Source: Trichoplax sp. H2 (Eukaryota). From it: a DNA stretch of 60,912 nt. The DNA is taken from positions 1 to 60,912 of the forward strand of contig NOWV01000294.1 in assembly GCA_003344405.1 (NCBI GenBank). Direction: 5' to 3'. Below are positions 39,901 through 52,602 of the stretch, in pieces (the first letter of the stretch is position 1; each line of letters starts with the position of its first letter). The translations under genes and the position numbers were made by a program. The notes under the pieces were generated by a model, which had not been told where the DNA came from, did not search any database, and saw only the letters and a program-made list of their open reading frames with translations.

Positions 39901-42900
39901 ATCAATTAGTTTATGTAATTCATTGCAAAATGGTTAACAGCTTACCGAAGCTGGGAGCAGATTCCTCACTTTCTTTATATGGCTCTTCTTCCTTTGCAAT
40001 TGTTTCAAAAACATATTGAAAAACTCCATAGAATCCCTAATTGATCAATTATTGATATCAGTTACAGTTCACATCGTGAAAATGTCCGTAACTGCAGATC
40101 AGGTACGACGTGATCCGATACATTCGATATTGAAATTTTTGCATCAATTTGTATAAAATTGATCGCAAATGCATGGTTTTAATATGTACGGATAGCTTTT
40201 AATTAAGCTAATTTTCATCGGGATAAAGATTAATCAATTGGAAGGTAACTTTCTATAATAAGAGACCTATCTGTATAGCAAGGTTCATAAAGATTGGTCT
40301 TTTTTAAGCGTTTCACTTATAGATTTTAAAATTTAAACATGTCGTAGAAAACGGATCACATTGTATAACAAGATTCGTGCGAGTGTACAGAGAATTTCAA
40401 CCTATGCAGCTCAAATACCACTAATATATTTTTAAGTTAATGCGTTATTACCCTTTCAGAGACTGATTTCGTCCTTAAGATTGGTCGCAACCAACGTTAC
40501 GAATCTTACGGACAAAATCAGTCTTAAGGCCTGCCGTAACAAATATGCAAAGGAATATAAAGTCTATGATAACTAGCTGCTATCAGATTCCATAATCGAA
40601 TTCTAATCTAACAATTTCATAAGCTTATTATTTTAAATACTAGGAACCTTCTCATCGTCTCCGTAGCCATTATATGCACTACATTTAAAGAATTGCATAA
40701 GATTCAGAGAATCGTGCCCATAGTCCTCTCCTATAACATGAAGAACAAGGAAAGGTATTAATGAAAGGACATACTAGACTTTACTAGTGTAAATTATCAA
40801 GCATGGATTCAACGCCATGATCACAATAAGAGACTACCGCTCAAAAGAATAGGTAATCAACCTGATTTTAAGCCAAAAGACAATTACATTTGAATAATCG
40901 ATTTGAAAATCATTAAATTGTAAGACCTTGTTCTAGAAAGATGCGTGATCTATTTGCAAAGTCTACGATGTGACTATATTCAATCTTAAGAACTATTATT
41001 ACTGATACAGCAAAGGTATTAAAAATGCGACGAGAAAAATCGAATTAATTAAATAAATGTAGACATTCCTTTAAACATTAATGAAAAATTTTCTGATTTA
41101 GCTGCTATACAATTTGGTTGAAATCTATTTACCTTCGTGTAAAAGAGTTTCACGGTGTTTATCGTACCTGATGATAGATTAAATAGCGACTATACATTAA
41201 ACATTACAATCAAATTAAGTTGCAAAATCTTCGTTTTAAATGGCGCATAAAACCTTCGTATCATAAATCAAGTTTTTAAACTAAACATTCCTGATTAATT
41301 AGTAATATCATTAATAATAATTCCCTTCTGTATCATAGAAAGTAATGAAGTGTCAGCTAAATTGTGTAGTAAGCTAGTTGAGCAAGTAAAATACAAAAAC
41401 TATGCTTATCCATTTATTCGCAAGTCATATATACAAGGATATAGTTTGAAAATGACCACTTAGGTTAATGTAGATTACACTAACGTTAAAGTTTTCACTC
41501 TATATGAAGCTAGATTAATATAAAAATTGATGACGAAATCTTATTTATTCCAAAGTTAACAAAATTTTAATCGATACATATAAATTACGGTTGCTACCCA
41601 GTATTATAAGTCGTGAGATCATTGGCACTTGAAAGAGTAAGAAATCTTTACAACTTAATCATTGACATACCAAGCTCGTTCATGAGGATCGGAGAGAACT
41701 TCATATGCTCGTAAAATTTCAGTAAATAGTTGAGTATATTCTTCAGCCTGATTAATATTTTTATCTATATAGTGATTAGTAAGAAATACCGAGAAAAACC
41801 TTTGTGAGTAATTTGTATGATAAACAAGCGCCTATATCCAATGCCTACGTAAGTGTTGTCGAAAACTGAATAATATCACATTACCATCAACGCGACAGAA
41901 TTAATCGACAATTAATATCTAATACGACCAAGCGACTGAAATTACTATCGTACTTAATCTGCCATGAGGGACTATTGTCACATACATAGCGATGATTCTG
42001 ATACTATTATAAAAGATGTCATGGTAATTGATTGCTATTTAAATGGCTTAAATTAACTTTTCTAGTTCAAGACTTTGAGTAGAGTGATAGCTTACCACAA
42101 TCCATTCTAACCGGTTAAAAGTATTATTATACCCAAAATAGTGTTTGAATATCAAATGCTTATATGGAATTATCTATGAATACAGTATACTGATTGCCAG
42201 CTAGTTGAACAATATTGGATAATTTAGATATCCATTGGATGGTTGTTTCTGTATCAATATTAGTAGTAATACTTGAGAAATATCTATAATACATCAGTCC
42301 TGTTCTGAATGAAGTGCTGTTTGACCAAAGATATAATTAATGTGATCGATTAATTTCTACTAGTTGATTGATCATCCTAGCTTGTTGTTTATGTACTTGA
42401 TGTATACGTTGCCTCGTCATTAGAGTATGCGATCGTTGATTAATATGGTATTAAAGTGTACTTGTGTTCTATGTTAATGACATTTACGAAAATACTATAC
42501 GATTTACACTAACCAATGCTAGGTATAAACTGGAAGATAGACGAGTAGCGATGAGAACAGTATTACCATATCACCTTGAGAATCAGTAGTATGCTTCTAC
42601 TTGTACTTGTGCTCAATGTATTCGGTCATTCTGGGATTGAAGTAACGCATCAATCTACCTGGTTTGTGGATCATATTACTGCGCATAGACAGACCGAATA
42701 CATTCAACGATCACCTTGGACGTGATCAACGTAACGAAAAATAACTGCAATTTAATGCGATCCGATACAACTATTTGATTCATTGAACTCCTATTGGTGT
42801 TGTATTACACACTGTACACTGTGCACTGTGCAGAATATCATTTACAATTTGGTCAGGAATGGTTGTAGTTTGAATTCATTGATTTTATTTTTTTTTTCAG

Positions 42901-43303
42901 TATGATAAAGTAAGTAAGGGGGAAAAATGCATGTAGATGGTCTTTATTTATTATTCATCCTAAAATTATATAGGAATTGATACTATTCTGAAAAAGGAAT
43001 TTATACTGTAGAATACTGTAATTTTGCAGCATCAGCAAAATGAATGAAACTAAAGCCAATGCTAGTTTACTAAAAAATCCATGATTTTGAATATCCTTCT
43101 CATATCATTCTTAACTCAGCATAAAGTAGGGTTATTAAGCAAGTAAGAAGTGGATAGATTCTATTCTATTTTAAATAACTGTCGACTTATCACCAGCATC
43201 GATTACCTGGATGATATTTTAAAGCCAGTTTCCTATAAGCCTTTTTCAATTCTTGCGTAGTGGCTGTTCTTTCCACTTCCAAAACTTCGTAGTAACACCT
43301 CAT
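36904..43303 (-). CDS. DNAJC21: DnaJ homolog subfamily C member 21 (Jjj1-like 60S maturation co-chaperone), 21 exons, ~537 aa
   Basis: Exons (minus strand): 43207-43303, 41671-41764, 41133-41167, 40648-40730, 39946-40036, 39775-39800, 39581-39664, 39361-39450, 39225-39275, 39039-39118, 38903-38951, 38752-38818, 38588-38657, 38403-38503, 38253-38304, 38113-38166, 37906-37959, 37685-37727, 37387-37505, 37220-37304, 36904-37092. All introns are GT-AG with consistent phases. J-domain MRCYYEVL...KYHPDKN...[44 protein letters not shown]; two C2H2 fingers ([23 protein letters not shown] and [23 protein letters not shown]). Confidence 0.93.
40460..40524. repeat. Inverted repeat (23-bp arms, 19-nt loop) in DNAJC21 intron 4
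   Basis: AGACTGATTTCGTCCTTAAGATT / AATCTTACGGACAAAATCAGTCT, 21 of 23 positions complementary. Confidence 0.85.
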
Positions 43304-43594
43304 GATAGGCTACATTGAATGGATGAGCTAAGCAGGAATGTACCGCTAGCCAATGCAATAAATGACCAATCACAAGAGTAAAACTACTCCTTGATGCTGA
43401 CACCAATGCAGATTTCGATTTGTGAATGATGGAATGATCCCGTACAAAGCGGCCGAATTTGCAATGAATATTGCAGGTGTCCAGTTGCAGCTGGCTAGAT
43501 GATCCAGTCCAGCGAGGACTTTACGCCGGTCACTGTCCTTCAGGTAACCAAGTAACGGAAACACTGTAGGATTCCGTTGAAGACTGTTCAGTAA

Positions 43595-43840
43595 CTGTAC
43601 ACTAGTGTACAGTAATGTAGTAGTGCTGTCTCTTCGGTGTCCGTCTGATGCAAGACGATGATAAGACTGTACTGTACTGAGTGTACTGTACACTGTACAC
43701 TGTACAGTAGTCGATCACAGTACAGTGTACAGTACTGAGTTGTCCTTCCTGAGTACTATGTACTGTAATAGAACTGTCTCTTCGGTGTCCGTCTGATGCA
43801 AAACGATGATAAGACTGTAATATACAGTACTGTACTATGA
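43595..43840. repeat. 46-bp direct repeat pair embedded in ACTGTAC/TACAGTA micro-repeats upstream of DNAJC21
   Basis: CTGTCTCTTCGGTGTCCGTCTGATGCAA(G/A)ACGATGATAAGACTGTA at 43626-43671 and 43774-43819 (1 mismatch). Spacer and flanks are rich in ACTGTAC/GTACAGT. Confidence 0.9.
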
Positions 43841-44525
43841 CTTTTAAAAACCGATTCAATGCCTGTTGCCTGTAGGTTATTGAAACTCTACTTTTTGCGT
43901 TAATACTTATGTAGAAGTGATTAGCTAAAAAGAGACGGCCTCCCTTTATTACAATTTCTTATTAAAAATCCGAGTAAATAGCGATGACAACTGAAGTTAG
44001 TGAAATTATTAAAGAATCACTTCAAGAGTTCAAGTTCATTTAGGGGCAACTTGGTAATGGGTAATGACTAATTTAAGCGTCAAAAGTTATCATTACAAGT
44101 AAATAGCGATAGCGATTACATCCATTGCCATTTCTTTCAGTATTATGCACTCCTATAACACAGATTCATCTTAATATTTGAAAAATTTTATACGCCCAGA
44201 TTCGTTTAAAACAAATATTTTGATGTTTTCTATGAAGGATTAAACCAATAGAAATGACAAAAATATCGGCATAATATTAATTAGGACAAGTTCTCCGAAA
44301 AAATCAGTAACATAAGTTGTACATTTACAGTCATCATACTGTTTTTACCGAGCAATAGTCACTTATTACTTGACAACGGGACTAGAGAAAATATTTTAAT
44401 AACGTTATTGAAATAATGATCAATCATTATGGTCGAACAACATCAAAGAAGTTGCAATAGTAATCTTGTCCTTTAAGACAACCTCAATACCATTTAATTT
44501 TATCTATCAATTATATTATGATACA

Positions 44526-46100
44526 TTATCCGATATCCATATCGCTAGTATCTGGTAGAAATAGTGATGCTACACCGCCTAACAGTCCTATCAATGCAAA
44601 CAGTATCAAGCAAGCTGTACAATTTAGGTTAAAGAGTTCAGCAAATACAAACATACCTAAAATACATGAGCTAATGGCAGAAAAATTTAATATACCCATA
44701 GCAGTCGACCTTACATGCGTTGGAAACAATTCTAAAGTCCAGGTAGTTAAAGGAATCCATCCGTTATTTGCAACCATCGTAAAAATACACACAAGGATCC
44801 TGACTGCTATGATATCATCGATTATTAGCATTGCAGCTATAGAAAATACAGCAACAAAGACTAGAATGATGTATAACCATTTTCGACCTACTCGATTGAC
44901 TAGCGTAATACATGCAATCGAAAGGGGTATAGTTAGTACATTACCAATTAAAATGTTAACACTGACACTTGTTATTTGCTCAGTACTGACACATACTGGA
45001 CTATTGGTATACAAATGATGATTCAAAGGGGACGGCGAAGTTTGATTATAAGTATGCCAACATCGTTTACCTATAGTATAATATGAAACTACGGTCGGTA
45101 ACCATACAATTAAGCCTTCTTGACTGAAACAGTAACCCATCCACGCTGCTGATAATAATAGTAATCGCTTAAGCCATGGTTGCTGATATAATTTTTCGCC
45201 TTTTTGCTTTTTAGTATCAGACTCATCCATTTCATCGCCTCTTATAACTATGTCGCCTAACCTTGATTTAATTAACTTTTCAGATGAAGAGCTATTTCGT
45301 TTACAAATTGAATTGATTCGATCTATTTTATCTAAAATAGGTTTAATACCGTCTTTGTTAACTATTGCAAATCGTATACTATTCGGCATGTAGAGTAGAA
45401 GACAAAAACCGAATAGAACTGGTATATTAGTTACTAGAAGATACACACGCCAGCTGGAAAAATGGATCTGGCCTAGTTTGATATGAAGTGGATGAGGCAA
45501 TATAATTAACGCCATTAAAGAACAATAAAGGCCTCCAATTATTACAGCTATAGCTGTACGACATCCGAGCAACTTCCCTCTAAATGGTCGAGGGAAAAAT
45601 TCCAACGCGTACGAACCACTGATAGCAGCCACAGCACTATCAGCAAAGCCAATTATCGAAGCCACGATGACTAACATAGTATAGTTGTAAGCAAAAGCAG
45701 CTACTACGATCATTATTAAGTAGACGGATATAGAAATGATTAGAATTTTTCGTCGACCTAGGGTATCACTTAATTTACCCAAGACGACTGAACCAACTGC
45801 AATGCCGACCATAAAAGATATACTTAGCCAACCTTTATTGCTTTGGTTTATACCTATATCACAGGCAGTTATAACTATAAAACCAACGATGTTATAAAAT
45901 ATATTATATCCAGAATGGCAAAGTCCACTGGTTATAAATATAGCATAATGAAATAATCCAATGTCTAAGCTATCAACGATTTCATCCACACTTGACGACG
46001 AAGTAATAGATTCACAATTGAAATTACCCTCTGATTCGCTTAGTAATGCTGTTTTATCGTTAATTTTGTCTTGTTCACTGTCCAATCCCTCGAAACCCAT
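44526..46100 (-). CDS. SV2/SVOP-like MFS transporter (copy 1), intronless
   Basis: First ATG at 46100. ~12 hydrophobic segments; GKLSDTLGRRKIL (MFS motif A), EFFPRPFRG, SSWR, NRVGRK, ELFPTHVRSTAMG, LPDT. Confidence 0.92.
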   Translation of the reverse strand: MGFEGLDSEQDKINDKTALLSESEGNFNCESITSSSSVDEIVDSLDIGLFHYAIFITSGLCHSGYNIFYNIVGFIVITACDIGINQSNKGWLSISFMVGIAVGSVVLGKLSDTLGRRKILIISISVYLIMIVVAAFAYNYTMLVIVASIIGFADSAVAAISGSYALEFFPRPFRGKLLGCRTAIAVIIGGLYCSLMALIILPHPLHIKLGQIHFSSWRVYLLVTNIPVLFGFCLLLYMPNSIRFAIVNKDGIKPILDKIDRINSICKRNSSSSEKLIKSRLGDIVIRGDEMDESDTKKQKGEKLYQQPWLKRLLLLSAAWMGYCFSQEGLIVWLPTVVSYYTIGKRCWHTYNQTSPSPLNHHLYTNSPVCVSTEQITSVSVNILIGNVLTIPLSIACITLVNRVGRKWLYIILVFVAVFSIAAMLIIDDIIAVRILVCIFTMVANNGWIPLTTWTLELFPTHVRSTAMGILNFSAISSCILGMFVFAELFNLNCTACLILFALIGLLGGVASLFLPDTSDMDIG

Positions 46101-47592
46101 TTTCCCATACAAGTTTGCAAATAGATGAAGTGACTTAACTTATAATCAAATCAGCATTAGTAGTATTACTAAACATAGAATATCTAATTTCAATTTTAGA
46201 AAAACTATGGTGCTATTAGTACGAACTTTGCAATCAGGACTGTATTGAAACGTAAATAGATTTTACTTAGTAATAAGCTAATTCTGCTGGGTTACGGGAA
46301 GAAATCAACATTTCAATCAGTCATTATCAATATCTTTTCCCCCGAGGATTATGCCTATCCTAATTATCTTTCTGTCATAGGAAATATAAACTGTGATGAA
46401 ATGCGTTACATTGTTAACATTTCAATTCAAAAGATGCTTGATCTGAATTATTCGCTACTAACTGTAATTAGTTAAAGAATTTATATAGAATTTTATAAAA
46501 AGTATGATTCTATTCATCTAAATTAAATGCGATCACACACTATATCATGATAAGACTTTGCATTAAGATCTTTAAAGCATACTAAATCTTTTAAAATATT
46601 ACATCCATAATAAAAGAATAGATCTGTCAAAGCTATCAAGAAACTTCCCTTAGGACTATAACATAATACTATTGCCCTTTCCGTAGCTATGCATAATTGA
46701 ATTGAGGCTAGCGTAGAATCCACTGTACTAATATAATATAGCTAGTAGCAAATAAAATTTAATTAACCCAAATCCCTATTGTTAGATTCAATTCTCTAAT
46801 ATTGGAATAGGTTAGTTTTCTTGTCTAGAATATTTCTGAAGTTAGTCGGAGATTAAGTAAAGTAGATAGACTAGTTTAGGTCTGATGACAAAAGCTATTT
46901 CGTGAGAAGTTTTTTCATAAGATAAGAATATTACCACCTTATCAGACTTGTTATAATAATAAAACACTAATAAGATAATGGATTCTAAAAAACGGAGAAT
47001 TTACTTACTTCACCATTGGCTTACATTGTCTATCGTCTTTAACAATGTTTGCGATTTATGCAAGCCAATGGTAAAAATATATAATCAAAGTTAGTGTAAA
47101 TTAATTATGCGTATGCTTAATACAAAAATTGAACATAGTCTATACAGGATATTATTGTCATCGAATTACATGCAGGCTAAATATTGCTGAAATGATACCT
47201 AATTCTACATACATTGAACTTTATTTAGACATATACAAACAAAGTTGAACTATAATACCGATTTTACATAGTCTTGAGAATCACCTACATATTGCATTCT
47301 AAAACCACTTATCGCTTGGAGATAAGCAGAATCAAAATAAGTTATTAACTATTCAACATATACCAATCTACAACTTAGTTCAGGTTCAATAAATGATATC
47401 AATAGGCATATAGTATCATAATTAAGGAAAGAATTTGCTCCATTATTTTCTAATGAACAAGATTTGACGCTGTATGTGTAACAATAATCTATTAGCGAAC
47501 AAAATATTATTGGTACTGTGAGATTCCACAGTATGGTACATCGGTTTACTATGGATAAGTAATATTTTTAGAATCTGCTTTAGCAGAAATAA

Positions 47593-49203
47593 TTAATCAA
47601 TATCAGCATTAGTTGTGTCCGGTAGAAATAACCCTGCTAATCCAGTTAGCAGACCTAACGATGAAAATATTATCAAAGTTGCGGTACAATTCTTATGAAA
47701 CAATAAAGAGAATGTTATCATAGCTAATATGGATCCTGTGTGCCCTATTACATTGAAAATGCCGATAGCTGTTGATCGAACCTTTGTAGGAAATAATTCC
47801 GAACTCCAAGTTTTATATGGTATCCAGGTGTTGTTGCTAATCGACGTAAATAAACTCCCCAAGATCAATGCACTTAATTCGTTATCTATTAGCAGTATTA
47901 ATAAAATACACAATCCACAAAATGTTATCATTGGCCAATAAAGCCATTTTCGACCGATGCGGTTCACCAATAATAGACACATGATAGCAATAGGTATAGA
48001 AAATAAATTTCCAAATAAGATATCCATAATGACTTTTTTCAAATTCTCACCAACTTGACAGTGGAAACTATCAAAACCTAGATCATGCATTGCCTTTTGA
48101 GAAACGTTATGTATTTGATAATGGCTATGCCTACATACTTTACCACTTGTATAATAAGAAACGACAGTTGGAAGCCATATGGTAAATCCTTGATCACTGA
48201 AACAAAACCCGAACCATCCAATAGATAGTAATAGAAATCGCTGAAGATATGGTGGTTTTAAAAAAAGTTGAAAGTGTCCTATTTCGTTTTGGAGTCCATT
48301 CTTAACTGCCATCTTATTCTGATCGTCAAGATGATCAGAAATTGGTATCAAAGGCATGGTGTATTGTTTTGGAAAATTTTTATCATTTTGGCAGCAAGAA
48401 TTTATACGATTAATTTTATCTAGTACAAGCCCTACAGTTTTCCTTTCAGATTTTTCCAATGCAAATCGTATACTATCAGGCATGCAAGGCATTATGCAGT
48501 AACCAATCAACATGGGAATAATATTAATGAGAAGATATAGTCGCCAACTTGAAAAATAGATGTTTCCCATACGTTTATAAAAAGGATGAGGTAAAATAAG
48601 TAAAGCGACAGTCGAACTAAATAAGCTTCCTAAGATTAAGAATCCAATCATACTTCCAGCCGCTATACCTCTATAACGTCGAGGGAAAAACTCAACTACG
48701 TAAGTATGAACAGATACTGCAAGGCCGCCGTGTGAACATCCAATTATCGAAGCCATAACCACTAACATATTATAGTTAAAAGCAAATGCAGAAGCTAACA
48801 TCGATATGACATTTATTGTTACAGAGAAAAGAAGAATTCTTCTTCTACCATAAATATCAGCCATTCTACCAAGTACACCAACGCCAAGAGCAAACCCGAT
48901 CACCAATGACATACTTAACCAACCCTTATTACTTGTATTAATATCTAAATCACATGCCGAAATAATTATAAAACCGATTGCTTGGTAATATATACTATAT
49001 CCAGCAAAGCAAAAGCCGCATGATATTAGAATCAAGTAATGGAATAATCCAATCTGTATATCCTCAACAATTTCGTCCATACTCGATATCGAATTATTCG
49101 GATCTATCGTAGAATCTGAATCAAAGCTAGCTTCTTCATCACTTTTTAATTTCTTTGTATTGTCATCGTCGTTGCCGCCAATACACTCTTCCTTGATGGC
49201 CAT
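47593..49203 (-). CDS. SV2/SVOP-like MFS transporter (copy 2), intronless
   Basis: GRMADIYGRRRIL, EFFPRRYRG, SSWR, ELFPTKVRSTAIG. Collinear paralog of copy 1. Confidence 0.92.
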   Translation of the reverse strand: MAIKEECIGGNDDDNTKKLKSDEEASFDSDSTIDPNNSISSMDEIVEDIQIGLFHYLILISCGFCFAGYSIYYQAIGFIIISACDLDINTSNKGWLSMSLVIGFALGVGVLGRMADIYGRRRILLFSVTINVISMLASAFAFNYNMLVVMASIIGCSHGGLAVSVHTYVVEFFPRRYRGIAAGSMIGFLILGSLFSSTVALLILPHPFYKRMGNIYFSSWRLYLLINIIPMLIGYCIMPCMPDSIRFALEKSERKTVGLVLDKINRINSCCQNDKNFPKQYTMPLIPISDHLDDQNKMAVKNGLQNEIGHFQLFLKPPYLQRFLLLSIGWFGFCFSDQGFTIWLPTVVSYYTSGKVCRHSHYQIHNVSQKAMHDLGFDSFHCQVGENLKKVIMDILFGNLFSIPIAIMCLLLVNRIGRKWLYWPMITFCGLCILLILLIDNELSALILGSLFTSISNNTWIPYKTWSSELFPTKVRSTAIGIFNVIGHTGSILAMITFSLLFHKNCTATLIIFSSLGLLTGLAGLFLPDTTNADID

Positions 49204-50917
49204 GCTCGCATTTAAGAATAAATGAATCCCTAAATTAGATTATGTAATTGTGATCACTTCATAAGCTGCATAGTTAACAGACTGAAATATCGCTAAAACT
49301 AAAATATTAAAGTCTACGATCTTTACGAAATGGATTTTTAGCCCCTAAGATTCTCAATCTCTCGTGTCTGCTGTAATCTAAATTAAGAAAACACAATTGC
49401 TATAACTGGCAGAAATCAGTACACAGTTACTATCTCGTTAAAGTAACTATAAAATTTTTGTATACTGCATAACCAATCATTTTTTATCCCGTGGGGTATT
49501 ATACTGAGCCTTGAATGCGACTATGATTATATGATTTTCTGAAATAGAATATATTGATTCTATACAAATTCCCAATGCGTACAATTAGTCAATCGATAAC
49601 ACCAGTAGCTTAACAATGCAAATTTAAATCGAATTCATAGAAATAGGTAAATGCAAACATACTAAAATACTAATTTATCTTTGCTTTAAACTGAACTTGA
49701 CTTCATGATTTAATCGCTAACATCACTTTACGAATTACGAGTAGATATCCTCTGACAATACTATTATCTAGGTTTCTAAATTGAAATAATTCAATAACTC
49801 TTTTCCAGATATGGTAAAGACAAAGATTGTTGATAGTTACCCTTATCACTTAAAGAATCGCTGCCGTGTTTACCTGATGGGTAACTTTATTATCTACTGA
49901 AGATGGAATAAAGCTTCTATTTTTGCTCATATTTTTTAATTTCACATCATTCAAGAGATTATTAAATCAAGATAGCTTTTCACATATTAGTCCATCTTCT
50001 AAGATTTGTTGTCTTTGGCGTCCAAAATTATTATTGCTGTTGGTCAACATTATTGGTTAAAAATGCCATATAAATCTTATATAGCAAATTATCACTTACT
50101 ATAGAGAGTTTACCGTCGTTTACATCAAGGTTATACTATAATTAACTCTTGATTACAAAGCAGTAGTAAATCCAATTTAATTATATTTAATTAACGCCTA
50201 CGATTTCTTATAGCAAATTCACCACCTTAGGAGTAATTTTAAGTGCGTTATCGGACGTACATAGCAAGATTATATCACTCAAATCTAGAATTTACTGATA
50301 TTCTATATAGTATTATTTGTTGCAGAAAAATCAGTATTAGATAATCTATCTTTAACAGTGTAGTGCTTAGGTTTTACTACCCCTTACGTTCGCAGTCGTC
50401 GAACTCAAATTCTGAGTTATTAAAATAGAGCAAGTTTTTAACGTGACGCAAGCTTTAAACAGTTTATGATGCCATTATTTTCCATTAGTTCTCTTACAAT
50501 ATAAATAGCTTCGCCTTTAATTATTTGGTAAAATTGAATAGTTTAAATGCTCTCTGGCAATTACCTTTATTATGAATAAAGCAATTCGCTTTCGTGCCAT
50601 TACATTTATTTCCCTTGCAGATTGTAGACTTTATTTAATTCCTCTCCCTCTCTTTATGTTTAATATTAACAATGGAGTAGAGGCCTAAAATATTAGCAAT
50701 ATGTGAACGTATCAGTAGTATTATAATTAAGATTGATAATGTCTAATTATTTTATAATAATCTAAAGTTAAGGCCACCTGTATAACGAAAATATCACAAG
50801 GTAAAATAATTATCGGTGGTACTGGATGACTCCTCATTACAGAAGTTTATAGTATACGCGTATAATTTTAAATGAATACAGTGCTTATATTTGTTGAAAC
50901 TATTTTCAAAAAAATAA

Positions 50918-52525
50918 TTAACTGATATCAACATTAGTTGTATCAGGCAGAAATAATGCTGCAAACCCGCTTAATAGACCCAGAAATGAAAAAATTATTA
51001 AAGTTGCTGTACAACTCTTATAAAATAGTAAAGCAAAGATTGTCATGCCTAATATTGATCCCGTATGTCCTATTAAGTTTAAAATACCAATAGCGGTTGA
51101 TCGAACCGTAGTAGGGAATAACTCTGAACTCCAAGTTTTATAAGCTATCCATACGTTGTTACTGATCGATGTAAATAAGCATCCCAAGATCAATACACTT
51201 AGTTCGTTATCTATTAGCAGCATTAATAAAATGCTCAATCCACAAATGGTTATCATTGGGCAATAAAGCCATTTTCGACCGGCACGATTCACCAATAGTA
51301 AGCATATAATAGCTACAGGTATAGAAAACAAATTTCCAATTAGGATATCCGTAATAACTTTTTTTAAGCTCTCACCAGTTTGACAAAAGGACACATCAGA
51401 AAGTATAGGATGATTTGCTTCCCATGATGAATTAAGCATTTCGTGATTGTTATGCCAACATGTTTTACCACTTGTATAATAAGAAACGACAGTTGGAAGC
51501 CATATGGAAAACCCCTGATCACTGAAACAATTTCCGAACCATCCGACCGATAAAAATAACAATCATTGAAGCCATGGCCTTTTAGTGAACAAGCGAAAGT
51601 GTTCTATTTCATTTTGGAATCGATTCTTGTTTGTGTGCTCCTTGCTATCGCCTAGGCTAACATGATCTGGTATCGAAAGCAACTGATATTGCTTATCTTT
51701 ATCATTACTACATTTATAAAATGAATTAATTCGATCAATTTTATCTAGCACAAGCTTTATGCTTTTCTTTTCGGACTTTACTAACGCAAATCGTAAACTA
51801 TCAGGCATGAAAAGCAGAATGCAATATCCAATTAGTATGGGTATGATATCAATAAGAAGATATAGTCGCCAACTTGAAAAATTGATACCACCTATGCGTT
51901 TATAAAATGGATGAGGTAAAGTAATTAATGCAACAGTCGAGCTAAACAAACTTCCTAAGATTAAGAATGCAACTATGCTTCCAGCAGCTACTCCTCTCTG
52001 ACGTCGAGGGAAAAATTCTATAACGTAAGTATGGATGGTTACTGCTATACCGCTGTGTGAACATCCAATTATTGCAGCCATAACCACTAACATATTATAG
52101 TTATAAGCAAATACTGATGCAAACATCGACATTAAATTTATCGTCACAGAAAAAATAAAAATTTTTCGTCTACCATAAGCATCAGCCATTCTACCAAGTA
52201 CGCCAACCCCAAGAGTAAAACCAATCATCAGTGATAAACTTAGCCATCCCTTGTTACTTGCATCAATATCTAAATCACACGCCGAAATAATAATAAAACC
52301 AATGGCTTGGTAATATATGTTATATCCAGCAAAACATAGACCGCACGATAATACCATTAAATAATGAAATAGTCCAACTTTTAAATTGTCAACAATGTCG
52401 TCTATACTAGACGTCAAACCATTCGAATCCATCGCACATCCTGCACCAGAATTTTCTTCGTCATCACTTATTAAATGTTTGGTATCATAATCATAGTTAT
52501 CGTTGCACTCGTTTTCGTTCGTCAT
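50918..52525 (-). pseudogene. SV2/SVOP-like MFS transporter (copy 3) with one in-frame TGA
   Basis: The two track ORFs (51563..52534 and 50918..51562) abut in the same frame. TGA at 51563-51565 aligns with an Arg CGA codon in copies 1, 2 and 4. ATG at 52525. Confidence 0.85.
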
Positions 52526-52577
52526 ATTTTCCAAAAGCCAGATTGTAATTTAGACTGCAACGTATAATTGTAATGGC

Positions 52578-52602
52578 TATATATATATATATATATATAT
52601 AT
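52578..52602. repeat. (TA)n microsatellite
   Basis: About 12 TA units, ~50 bp upstream of the copy-3 ATG. Confidence 0.9.

Noticed and set aside
43370..43600. RNase MRP/P RNA (AAAGTCCTC motif on the minus strand) or a 107-aa ORF
   Set aside because: No complementary P4/CR-V partner downstream, and the ORF is built partly from the repeats. More likely DNAJC21 promoter or 5'UTR.
43595..43840. CRISPR-like repeat-spacer array
   Set aside because: Only two 46-bp repeats with a low-complexity ~100-bp spacer, no cas genes, and a eukaryotic context.
51563..51565. Selenocysteine codon
   Set aside because: The aligned residue in paralogs is Arg (CGA), not Cys, and I recognised no SECIS.
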